A DNA stretch of 32,091 bases from NCBI GenBank assembly GCA_965195275.1, contig CBDAFQ010000174.1, forward strand, positions 1 to 32,091, in the 5' to 3' direction. Position 1 is the stretch's first letter; every line of letters begins with the position of its first letter. Shown here in pieces: positions 1 to 9,922 of this stretch. The DNA comes from an uncultured ANME-1 euryarchaeote. GTDB lineage: Archaea > Halobacteriota > Syntropharchaeia > Alkanophagales > Methanospirareceae. The notes beneath the pieces were generated by a model, which searched no databases, was not told where the DNA came from, and saw only the letters and a list, made by a program, of their open reading frames with translations. The translations under genes were made by a program, and so were the position numbers.

Positions 1-1180
<1,180 letters not shown>

Positions 1181-1262
1181 TGAAATTGACAATATTTTGC
1201 ACACACCTACCTTAACCAATCAGATTTACTGGCTATCAAATTAGGCTTAAGTATCCATTGTC

Positions 1263-1291
1263 GGACATGAAAATACATCTGCTTCATGTCC
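1263..1291. repeat. 9-bp perfect inverted repeat (GGACATGAA-N11-TTCATGTCC) in the pre-rRNA leader
   Basis: Seen directly; lies between the putative rRNA promoter and the mature 16S 5' end. Confidence 0.6.
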
Positions 1292-1325
1292 CCACATTAC
1301 CATAATATATACAATTAATTGCCAG

Positions 1326-1333
1326 TATAAAAA
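1326..1333 (-). promoter_or_regulatory. Candidate TATA box of the rRNA operon
   Basis: TTTTTATA on the minus strand ~150 nt upstream of mature 16S. The region is AT-rich, so alternatives exist. Confidence 0.4.
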
Positions 1334-1458
1334 CATATTCTATCTTAACGATTTTTGCAACGCAGAATCTATATATAATGCGTGTCAAAAAAAAACGTTA
1401 CGTACGCCATTAGAGGAATAAGAAATAAATGGAGATGCGCAGGAGAGCGTCATGAAAA

Positions 1459-3918
1459 ATGTACCCTGACGGATTTGCTACGTTGAGAGCGAGTGAAAAA
1501 GAAGCGAATAAAAAGATAGTGAAAGTAGGCGATGTTGAAATAGATCTCGAGGAAGTGGTGCGAGACCTCCGGGGAGTGGAGGACATCGCGGCGGATATAA
1601 TCAAGGAGATGGGCGAAAGGCGGGTGAAACAATGGAAACCAAAATTGAATATCTTAGCACATGCGTCTGACATCGCAGAATGGGATAGTGTGCTTCTGAA
1701 CAGGTATCACCCCTTATACACTAGCATACCGAGTACCCCCACAATTATGGAAGAGTCAATCCAAGCGAAGCTGAGCTTGCAGGACACATGTAAAGGGCTG
1801 TTCAAGCAATTAACATTTGCGCGTGATTTGCTCGAATTCGCTATAAAAGTCTTCGGAAGGAATAGGGAGATTGACATCGGTAGTTCGATCACGTACCCCA
1901 CAATGAACACATCTATGCTAACGGGATTTTACACGAAGAATTTAGATGATATGGATAGAGCGTTATCATACGCAGAAGCGCAACTATCAGAGTTATTACT
2001 CGCCGCTTATTTCGGCTCTGAGAGCGTATTAGAGTTTGAGGAGAAGGCCCTGCATGCAGGCGCCCTTACCTTCCTTGTGATGGAGATAGCGGAAACTATA
2101 AAGATGTGCTGCTTTGAGTTCTTCAATGCTGGTAACCATCCGGCAACGGAATATTCCGATTCCCCACCTGTTGAGATTGAGGTTGGGATGGGTGCAGTTG
2201 ATAGAACAAAACCAGTTATAGTTTTCTTCGGCAATAATTTCCTGCCTGCATGGTTCGCCGTTGAGCACGTAAAGGGAAATGGATTAGAAGATGCGATAGA
2301 GATCTGTGGCGTGGGTGCGGTAGGGCATGACATACCGCGATTTTATAAAGGGGGGAAGGTTCTCACATCCGCAGTAAAGGCAAGGAAGGTGACAAGAGCG
2401 GGCATACCAGATGTAGTTGTTGCCAGTGAGACGTGTCTGGAATTTGATCTGGTGGCAGAAGCGAAGCGAGTAGATGCGAAAGTGGTTGCATATGGATATA
2501 AAGCGGGTAGTGGATTAGAAGACAGGTCTGATGATTCTGTGGATGATATACTCAAAGATATAATGGAGAATGACTTGCCAGGCGTGAGGATAACAATTCC
2601 GGAGAAAGCAGGCGAACTCGCTGTTAAATTAGCGATTGCTATAAAACAAAAAGGGAAGAGAAAAGAGAACTACTTGTTGGCTGAGCTAAAGAAAGAAGCA
2701 TCGAGATGTAACTCATGCGACATCTGTATCGAGGTATGTCCAAATAAGCAGGCAATAAGTAAGGCGATGGATGATGTGAACGCACTCGCAGCTATTTACG
2801 ATAACTGTATATTTTGCGGTCTGTGTGAAAGAGCATGCCCGGAAAGGGTTCCGATAATGGATTTGATTATGAGTGCGGCGGCTACAACAGGTAAGCTAAA
2901 AGGGGATAAATATCTTATGCGTGCTGGCAGGGGCCCTATGTCAGAGTTAGAGTGGCGGGACTTGACGTTTGGGATTATCCTCGGTGGTAACGGTCCCGGG
3001 ATGATTAATATTATAGGCTGTGGGAATTATCCGGGTTCAGAGCGCGAAGTAGCGGAAATAGCGCGATATTTTCTTGAACGGAATGCTCTTGTCACTGTTT
3101 CCGGATGCGTTGCCGCAGATGTTGCGAAATATTTCGATGAAGAAGGCGGTTTTTTATTCGAGCAATATATTGCGGCAGGCGTGCTAAAAGGGTTGGTGAA
3201 TTTTGGCGGGTGCACTGCTATCTCGCATGTGCCCGCTGCGATCTATCGCGGTGCGTTGGTCGGCAGTGGGTACACACCAAAGGCAAACTGGACGCAGGTT
3301 GCCGATTATCTCTATGCGCGATTGCCTGTAGTGGTGATAATGTGGGGTGCCGCGACAGAGGAGATGTACGCAGTCGCATCGGGACTCGTAAGGTCGGGCA
3401 TACCGGTAGTTATCGGTCCTTCCGGCTTCAAGTTCAAAAGATATTTTTTGGGTGATAAAGACGACAGGCGCAAGTGGTGGATGTATGACGGCGTTACGGG
3501 CGAGAAGAAAGAGGTTGAGCCTTGCCCTATGCACATGCTCGTGCCTGTGGATACGAAAGAGGAAGCAATAGCGATGTGTACTAAGTTATTGCACCGACCG
3601 CTTGCGTTGCGGGATCCACGACTTGCGAGTTTAGAAGCGGAGAACGAAGCATATAAAAAGTTCTTTGGCGAATATTCCGATGATTGGCATTTGTATGTGC
3701 GATCAGAGCAGGAATTGCATGTGATGCGGCGTGCGGAATTACTGAGGAAGTTAGGGCAGGAGCATGGCTGGGAGATAGAAGGTATGAAGATTAAGCGGGC
3801 AAGGCATAGGTCCGGGGAACTGATGGATATGCAAGAGTATAACAAAAGATACGGGATACAATTGGGCAGGTATTCGACACTCGTGCCGAGGTTGATAACG
3901 AGGAAGGGTATAGAATAG
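1459..3918 (+). CDS. cdhA: Divergent ACDS/CODH alpha subunit-like protein (CdhA-like), probably not a canonical CO dehydrogenase
   Basis: Collinear with CdhA: WDSVLLNRYHP, EVGMGAVDRTKP, AGIPDVVV, two CxxCxxCxxxCP motifs (E/F clusters), RAGRGP, IIGCGNYP, VSGC, GLVNFGGC, HGWEI. Lacks the N-terminal CxxCCxCxxGPC B/D motif. The true start could be slightly downstream. Confidence 0.9.
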   Translation: MYPDGFATLRASEKEANKKIVKVGDVEIDLEEVVRDLRGVEDIAADIIKEMGERRVKQWKPKLNILAHASDIAEWDSVLLNRYHPLYTSIPSTPTIMEESIQAKLSLQDTCKGLFKQLTFARDLLEFAIKVFGRNREIDIGSSITYPTMNTSMLTGFYTKNLDDMDRALSYAEAQLSELLLAAYFGSESVLEFEEKALHAGALTFLVMEIAETIKMCCFEFFNAGNHPATEYSDSPPVEIEVGMGAVDRTKPVIVFFGNNFLPAWFAVEHVKGNGLEDAIEICGVGAVGHDIPRFYKGGKVLTSAVKARKVTRAGIPDVVVASETCLEFDLVAEAKRVDAKVVAYGYKAGSGLEDRSDDSVDDILKDIMENDLPGVRITIPEKAGELAVKLAIAIKQKGKRKENYLLAELKKEASRCNSCDICIEVCPNKQAISKAMDDVNALAAIYDNCIFCGLCERACPERVPIMDLIMSAAATTGKLKGDKYLMRAGRGPMSELEWRDLTFGIILGGNGPGMINIIGCGNYPGSEREVAEIARYFLERNALVTVSGCVAADVAKYFDEEGGFLFEQYIAAGVLKGLVNFGGCTAISHVPAAIYRGALVGSGYTPKANWTQVADYLYARLPVVVIMWGAATEEMYAVASGLVRSGIPVVIGPSGFKFKRYFLGDKDDRRKWWMYDGVTGEKKEVEPCPMHMLVPVDTKEEAIAMCTKLLHRPLALRDPRLASLEAENEAYKKFFGEYSDDWHLYVRSEQELHVMRRAELLRKLGQEHGWEIEGMKIKRARHRSGELMDMQEYNKRYGIQLGRYSTLVPRLITRKGIE

Positions 3919-3922
3919 AAGG

Positions 3923-5380
3923 ATGACAAAAGAGAAGGTGACAGAAGAAGAGGACCAAGCGAAAGATAGGCAAGAGATATTGGATGCCTTACCCAAAGGT
4001 AAGGTTTATCACGTACCAACGAATCCGGACGATTTTTTCACTGGAATCTCCTATGACATATCACCACGGCAGTCCGGGCAGAGGGTGAGGAAGCATGACA
4101 TGCATTGCGAGTTAGGTGGTCCGAAGCACAGATACAGTAGTTACTTCTTCATCGAGGTGGTGAAAGGAGAGGACAAGATAGAAGATGGACGCGTAGAGGT
4201 GATAGGACCGGAGATAAAGGAAATAGAAGGGCAATCGCTGCCTTTTGGTTTCTGGATACGATATTATGGTAAGGAATTAACAGAAGATTATCTTGATTTG
4301 CTCACTCGATGGACGTATTTCGCATTGGAAGAAGGTGAAGGGTGGATGCTACTTAATACCCGCGACACAATATGGTTGCGATTGCACAAAAAAAAAGCAG
4401 ATAAACATGATTTTGAGCATCTTGGCCAAGCGATGATAAATCTCTGCAAGATACAGTTCCCTCTGGTAGAGAAGGCAGATGCGAAGATTCTGATAGCCAC
4501 TGATGAGTTAGGTGGGTCCGAACTCACAAAGGGAATAATAGATAACGTTTGCATGCCCTACTGGGAGCGAGTGGATAAGCGTGCGAGGGCACTTTCTGAC
4601 GATGACGCAGATACTTTTTTTGGCTGCACTATCTGCCAGACGTTCGCGCCGAGTCATGTATGCGCAGTTGCACCAGATAGACCGCCCTATTGCGGGATAA
4701 TCACATGGATAGGCGCGAAAGTAATGTGTGACCTTGACCCGTATGGATATATATTTGAGATGCCGAAGGGCGAATGCGTTGACCCCGAGGGCGGAGAATA
4801 CGCGGGCATAAATGAAAAGATCTATGAGAAGTCAAATAGGACTTACAAACGCGTGGTTATGTACTCTTCGATAACATATCCTCAGACGAATTGCGGATGT
4901 TTCGAAGCTGCCATATTCTATATTCCCGATGTTGATGGCTTGGGACTGGTAGACCGGAGATATGGAGGGGAAACGCCTTTGGGCTTGACCTTCTCTAAAC
5001 TCGCGGGGCTTATAAGTGGAGGACAGCAGAATCATGGATACTGTGGCATATCATTTAGAACGCCGAGATCGCGTAAATTTGTTCGTGCAGATGGCGGATG
5101 GAATCGTATAGTATGGATGCCAAAGGAATATAAGCAAATTCTTACGGAATTCATTCCCGCAGAGATGTTTGACAAAATAGCAACAGAGGAAGACTGCATA
5201 GACCCAGAAGGACTGAAGGAGTTTCTTAAGCGTGTACACCATCCTGTTGTAACATTGTGGAAGAATGGGGAAACGCCAGACCCTCTGAATTTACCCCCAC
5301 CTAATACGGATTGGGAACAAGAGGAAGAGAAAAAGGCACGAGAAAAAGGGAAGAAGGTATTAGCTATCCTTCCTCTTTAA
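3923..5380 (+). CDS. cdhC: Divergent ACDS beta subunit / acetyl-CoA synthase-like protein (CdhC-like)
   Basis: ELGGPK, GCTICQTFAPSHVC-x9-CG, TNCGCFE and ADGGWNRIVWMP; A-cluster Cys set intact. Starts 4 nt after the cdhA stop (operon). Confidence 0.92.
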   Translation: MTKEKVTEEEDQAKDRQEILDALPKGKVYHVPTNPDDFFTGISYDISPRQSGQRVRKHDMHCELGGPKHRYSSYFFIEVVKGEDKIEDGRVEVIGPEIKEIEGQSLPFGFWIRYYGKELTEDYLDLLTRWTYFALEEGEGWMLLNTRDTIWLRLHKKKADKHDFEHLGQAMINLCKIQFPLVEKADAKILIATDELGGSELTKGIIDNVCMPYWERVDKRARALSDDDADTFFGCTICQTFAPSHVCAVAPDRPPYCGIITWIGAKVMCDLDPYGYIFEMPKGECVDPEGGEYAGINEKIYEKSNRTYKRVVMYSSITYPQTNCGCFEAAIFYIPDVDGLGLVDRRYGGETPLGLTFSKLAGLISGGQQNHGYCGISFRTPRSRKFVRADGGWNRIVWMPKEYKQILTEFIPAEMFDKIATEEDCIDPEGLKEFLKRVHHPVVTLWKNGETPDPLNLPPPNTDWEQEEEKKAREKGKKVLAILPL

Positions 5381-5388
5381 AGAAGAAA

Positions 5389-6297
5389 TCAAACACCTCC
5401 AACGCCCAGGAATTTACCGTCTCGTGAGGGGCTAAGAACGTCTATGTTTAACCGCTTCACCAGTTCTTTATACCTATCTCGGATGGTAATCTCAGTTGTA
5501 CCAGCGACTTTTGCTATCTCCTTCTCCGTTCGATATTCGCCACTTAAAACAGTAGCAATGTATATTGCCGCCGCTGCAGTCCCTATTGGTCCCCAGCCCT
5601 TTGCCATCCCAGTCCCATCATCATCTTGCAGTATCACCATGGCTTTCTCCCTTATCTCCGCACTCAACCCAAGTTTAGAGCAGAAACGTGGGATGTAGCG
5701 TGCGGGATCAGCAGGAGCAAGCTTTATCTCTAATCGCCTTAAAAGGAAAATGTACGCTCTCCTTATCTTCTTTAATGGACTCCTTGAGACCTCTGCCATC
5801 TCTTTCAGTGTTCGTGGAACACCATACTGCCTGCAAGTAATATATAGCATTGCCGAAACTAACTCTTCTATACTCCGCCCCTTGATTAGGCCGCGCTTCA
5901 TTGCTTTCCTATATAATACTGATGTCGCCTCCTTGATGTTATTTGGCAGTCCAAGGGCACATGCCATCCTATCTATCTCAACGAGTGCAAAAGCAAGCGT
6001 CTTATCACTGGAATCTATACTTATCCCTCGTAATCGCCTCGTCCGTGCAGGTAACCCGGGCGTAGGTGTACCCAGCCCTTTGTCATGTATCCTATAACTC
6101 ATAGGAGGACCGGTTCTTATCCTTTTCGAGGCTTGCTCCTCGTCATATGACCGCCACTCGGGTCCAAGGTCCACGATATTCTCAGCGATCACTACCCCAC
6201 AATCAGCACAGTAAAGTTCCGCATGCCGAGAATCCGTTATTACATTTTTTGATCCGCATTCGGGGCATTTCCTTATTCTCTCAGAAATAACTGCCAT
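5389..6297 (-). CDS. tfb: Transcription initiation factor IIB (TFB), probably an alternative paralog
   Basis: Zn ribbon CPECGS...CADCG, GPEWR, HDKGL, LIKGRSIE, PRTLKE, C-terminal HTH TIRDRYKEL. ATG at 6297 preferred over TTG at 6306. Confidence 0.95.
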   Translation of the reverse strand: MAVISERIRKCPECGSKNVITDSRHAELYCADCGVVIAENIVDLGPEWRSYDEEQASKRIRTGPPMSYRIHDKGLGTPTPGLPARTRRLRGISIDSSDKTLAFALVEIDRMACALGLPNNIKEATSVLYRKAMKRGLIKGRSIEELVSAMLYITCRQYGVPRTLKEMAEVSRSPLKKIRRAYIFLLRRLEIKLAPADPARYIPRFCSKLGLSAEIREKAMVILQDDDGTGMAKGWGPIGTAAAAIYIATVLSGEYRTEKEIAKVAGTTEITIRDRYKELVKRLNIDVLSPSRDGKFLGVGGV

Positions 6298-6477
6298 CAC
6301 ACGCAAAAAGAAAAAAGGTTTACACTATCAGTCCCACAAAGTCATAAAAGCCAATGGGACAATAATCCTTTTCCTTTCTTCCCCTCCTCTTTTGTTATCA
6401 TAAATAGGTTCATCCATTTTATGTATCAACCTACTTTGTTTTCATAATATATAAAGAGATAGGTTATTATGCAGTAT

Positions 6478-7677
6478 TTAGTTGCGGAAGAAAAGATGCA
6501 TCAAATCCTGTGCTCGTGCATCTACGAGACCTAACTCACCATTCCTCGCTGACGTTTCATCAAACCCACTCTTTTTCATTTTACTTTGTGCATGTGAAGA
6601 AAAAATTGCAAAAGGCACTGGCTCTTTTGTATGTGTTCCCAGAGACACGGGCGTATAGTGGTCAGGCATGGCTAAAATTTTGTACCCGACATCTGCAAAT
6701 TCATCTGCTAAGCCCTTTAAGACCTTGCCCACTACCAACGCGTCGAAATCCTCTATCGCATTCACTTTCAGATCAAGATCGCGGAGATGCGCAGCCTCAT
6801 CCGGCGCTTCCACATGGACCAGAACAAAATCTTTCGCCTTCAGACTACGTAATGCATAGTCTACCTTACCTTCGTAATTCGTATCAAAATAGCCCGTGGC
6901 GCCAGGCACATCTATTATGTCCATGCCTGCACAGCGCCCAATACCTTTTATTAGATACACACCTGAAACCACTGAACCACTCACGCCATACAGCTCGCTA
7001 AACGCAGGCATTACAGGCTTTTTACCACCGCTCCAGAGCCAGACCATATTCGCCTTCCGTTCATTTCTCGCTGCCCTTTTCATGTTTATTTCATGCTTTT
7101 CCAAAATCGCTCTTGAAGTGAGTATAATATCCCGCAGCAGCTCTTCTTTTGGTAGGCTCTCTTCCAACTGTGCACCAATTATGTCATGGGGTGGTGCACA
7201 GCCTTCCAGGGAATCACAATCGGTGGATTTGAGAACCATAACATTTCGATAACTAACCCCCTGATAAAATTTAATCGCTACCTCTCGGAATTCTTCATTG
7301 AGTGCATCTATTAATTCGCGCGCCTCTTCGTCTGTTACATGTCCACCACTGTAATCCACTATACGCCCCCCAACTTCCGTTATAAGATTGCATCTGAATG
7401 CTATATCGCCATCATCAAGAGGTATATGCATCCCCATCGCTTCTAACGGACCCCTACCAGTGTAATATAGCGCGGGGTCATAACCAAGAATAGAGAGTGT
7501 TGCTATATCACTTCCGGCACCCATTCCATCCGGGATGGTCCTCACCAAGCCACAAAAGCCAAGAGTGGCGATAGAATCTAGGTTCGGCGTATTGGCAATT
7601 TGTAAAGCGGTCTTACCACCATGTTCAGGGATCGGATAATCTGCCATCCCATCACCTATTAAAATTACGTATTTCAT
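6478..7677 (-). CDS. apgM: Cofactor (2,3-BPG)-independent phosphoglycerate mutase, ApgM family
   Basis: MKYVILIGDGMAD, TPNLD, GSDIATLSILGYDP, TGRGPLEA, HVEAPDEAAH, DHYTP, HTKEPVPF. Start could be 7677, 7683 or 7689. Confidence 0.9.
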   Translation of the reverse strand: MKYVILIGDGMADYPIPEHGGKTALQIANTPNLDSIATLGFCGLVRTIPDGMGAGSDIATLSILGYDPALYYTGRGPLEAMGMHIPLDDGDIAFRCNLITEVGGRIVDYSGGHVTDEEARELIDALNEEFREVAIKFYQGVSYRNVMVLKSTDCDSLEGCAPPHDIIGAQLEESLPKEELLRDIILTSRAILEKHEINMKRAARNERKANMVWLWSGGKKPVMPAFSELYGVSGSVVSGVYLIKGIGRCAGMDIIDVPGATGYFDTNYEGKVDYALRSLKAKDFVLVHVEAPDEAAHLRDLDLKVNAIEDFDALVVGKVLKGLADEFADVGYKILAMPDHYTPVSLGTHTKEPVPFAIFSSHAQSKMKKSGFDETSARNGELGLVDARAQDLMHLFFRN

Positions 7678-7733
7678 TTGCATACTCAATAATATCTAAA
7701 CATAGTTTCAATATTATAATTGTGTGAGGACAA

Positions 7734-8297
7734 ATGGAGACGGATGTACCGCTGAGGGATATAATGGTGCGAGAGGTAGTGACCGGAAGTATGAACATGA
7801 ACGTTACGGAAGCGGCCAAACGGATGAAGAAGTACGATGTGGATAGTATTGTTGTGCTCAAAAGTGGTAGGCCGGAAGGCATAGTTACACAGGGGGATAT
7901 ACTTAGCGAGCTGGTAAGTAAGGACATCCCGCCGAGCGCGGTGAAGCTAAAAGATGTCATGACTGCACCTATAATAACTGCATCATCGAACGATCGTCTA
8001 TCTGATATAGTAAAGAAAATGGCGAGGGGGAAGATAAGGAAGCTACCGGTAATAGAAAATGGCAAGTTGGTGGGCATAGTAGCCGATGTAGATATACTCT
8101 CAGTTTCCTCGCAGATGAACTCGATACTGGCCGATCTGATAGAGATGCAGGTAGAAAGAGATATAATGGGTGTAGAGGATGAAGGGGTGGAGCAGGGCAT
8201 ATGCGAGAAATGTGGAACCTTCTCAAATTACCTGGAAATGAAAGAGGGACTGATGCTCTGCGACAGTTGTAGAGATGATATGGAGACAGAAGAGTAA
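7734..8297 (+). CDS. CBS-pair protein with C-terminal Zn-ribbon (CxxC...CxxC)
   Basis: Two CBS domains (GIVTQGDI; KLPVIENGKLVGIVADVDI) followed by GICEKCG...LCDSC. Confidence 0.88.
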   Translation: METDVPLRDIMVREVVTGSMNMNVTEAAKRMKKYDVDSIVVLKSGRPEGIVTQGDILSELVSKDIPPSAVKLKDVMTAPIITASSNDRLSDIVKKMARGKIRKLPVIENGKLVGIVADVDILSVSSQMNSILADLIEMQVERDIMGVEDEGVEQGICEKCGTFSNYLEMKEGLMLCDSCRDDMETEE

Positions 8298-8299
8298 AT

Positions 8300-9247
8300 T
8301 TAATCCCTAATTCCTACCTTTGACACGGTGAAAACCGCTTCCGCTTCTGGTAGGTTAGGCGAATCAACTAACCGTGCTATTCTCTTCTCACCTTTTGACT
8401 TTCTTAGATATAATCTGAAAGTAGCGGTATGTCCCACCACATGACCGCCTATGGGTCGTGTAGGGTCACCGAAGAAGGCGTCTGGTCTCACTTGCACCTG
8501 GTTGGTTATCATCACTACGGCGTTATTGAGATCGCCAAACCTGAGAGTGTCATGTAAATGCTTGTTTATCTTCTGCTGTCTGTCTGCCAGTGTCCCCCGC
8601 CCCACATATTCACTTCTGAAATGAGCAGTTGCTGAGTCTACTATCAATAACCGGACGGGCTTTTCTGTATCTATCAGCTCCTCTGCAAGCCTTTCCGCCT
8701 TGTTTACCAGCAGTATCTGATGATTTGAGTTATAAGCACGTGCAACGTGTATATTTTTAAGAATCTCAGCCGGATCAAGCGAAGCACCTTCCGCCATGTC
8801 CTTTATCCTCTCGGGTCTAAAGGTGTTCTCTGTATCAATGATCACAACAGAGCCATTCAAGCCCCCATTTTCCGCTGGCAACTGCACATTTACTGCGAGT
8901 TGATGCGCTAGTTGCGTCTTTCCACTGCCGAATTCGCCATAAAACTCTGTTAGCGCTTGCGTCTCAAGGCCACCACCTAATAGATCATCAAAAGAGGAGG
9001 ATCCAGTAGTTAGCTTGCCTATCTCCAGCCTTCGCCCTAATATCTTATCTCCAGTCTCAAACCCGCCGATTTCCGCGGCTTCCCTCGCAGAATTTATTAT
9101 CTTCGCAGATGTCGCTTCGCCTATCTCAGCAGCCGCTACCAGTTCCGCGGGAGACGCTACTGCTATCGCTTCCAATGAATTAAAACCCGCGTCACGCAGC
9201 TTCTCCGCTATTGCGGGGCCAACGCCGGGTAACTCCTCTATGTCCAC
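8300..9247 (-). CDS. radA: DNA repair and recombination protein RadA
   Basis: N-terminal HhH (ELPGVGP), Walker [41 protein letters not shown] start with SD GAGGTGA. Confidence 0.98.
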   Translation of the reverse strand: MDIEELPGVGPAIAEKLRDAGFNSLEAIAVASPAELVAAAEIGEATSAKIINSAREAAEIGGFETGDKILGRRLEIGKLTTGSSSFDDLLGGGLETQALTEFYGEFGSGKTQLAHQLAVNVQLPAENGGLNGSVVIIDTENTFRPERIKDMAEGASLDPAEILKNIHVARAYNSNHQILLVNKAERLAEELIDTEKPVRLLIVDSATAHFRSEYVGRGTLADRQQKINKHLHDTLRFGDLNNAVVMITNQVQVRPDAFFGDPTRPIGGHVVGHTATFRLYLRKSKGEKRIARLVDSPNLPEAEAVFTVSKVGIRD

Positions 9248-9318
9248 TTTCTCTTTTCACCTCATCCAGTATTATAATGGTACATCCGATATTAATTTAT
9301 AGTTCCATTCGAGACCAC

Positions 9319-9810
9319 TCAAAATGCAAACACCAATGCCACTACGACGGACCCGAATTTCCCTTCTTCTACCTCTACTGACTTCGCTTTTAGGCCATTC
9401 ACTACAATTTCCTTAGCGCGAATCTCCGCCATCTTATATAGCTTCTCCCTTATCTTCACAATTAGATATGACTCTGAATGATGTCCATGATGCTCACAGA
9501 TGATTCCGCTTCCATTTTCTTCTACCTTTCGGCCGTAACCTATACCAGCGCCAATGACCTCGCCCGACTTACCGTCTGCTCTTGACATCACACAGAAGGT
9601 TATTTCTCCGGGTGTTAAGATCACGTTACTTCTTTCCTTTTCTACTGCATTTACCGGAAGTATAGATGATACCCCTACCAGATTGCATTCGCCTATCCCT
9701 GCATCGCATAAAGCGAAATCAAAAGCGGCTGCCTGCTCGAAGTCCATGCCCACACCGGAAGTGACAAAAAACGCCCGAGGTGTCAGTGTCTGTATCATTC
9801 GTTCGTTCAT
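9319..9810 (-). CDS. pdaD: Pyruvoyl-dependent arginine decarboxylase
   Basis: FDFALCDAGIGECNLVGVSSILP with the Ser-Ser autocleavage site; PGEITFCVMSR. Confidence 0.88.
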   Translation of the reverse strand: MNERMIQTLTPRAFFVTSGVGMDFEQAAAFDFALCDAGIGECNLVGVSSILPVNAVEKERSNVILTPGEITFCVMSRADGKSGEVIGAGIGYGRKVEENGSGIICEHHGHHSESYLIVKIREKLYKMAEIRAKEIVVNGLKAKSVEVEEGKFGSVVVALVFAF

Positions 9811-9922
9811 CTTCTCTTTATTTTATTCTTAATATTACATATACAAATTTTACACACCCTCTACTGTGGGATATGCATTTTCCTATCTCTTTTAAGTAAG
9901 TGGAAATAACAAGATTACCATT

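Noticed and set aside
3916-3925. Possible TAG (pyrrolysine) read-through fusing cdhA* to cdhC*
   Set aside because: cdhC starts 4 nt after the stop in a different frame, so read-through would not fuse them.
8300-9247. Inteins in RadA (also considered for LonB and TFB)
   Set aside because: Protein lengths are normal and the motifs are contiguous, with no intein insertion.
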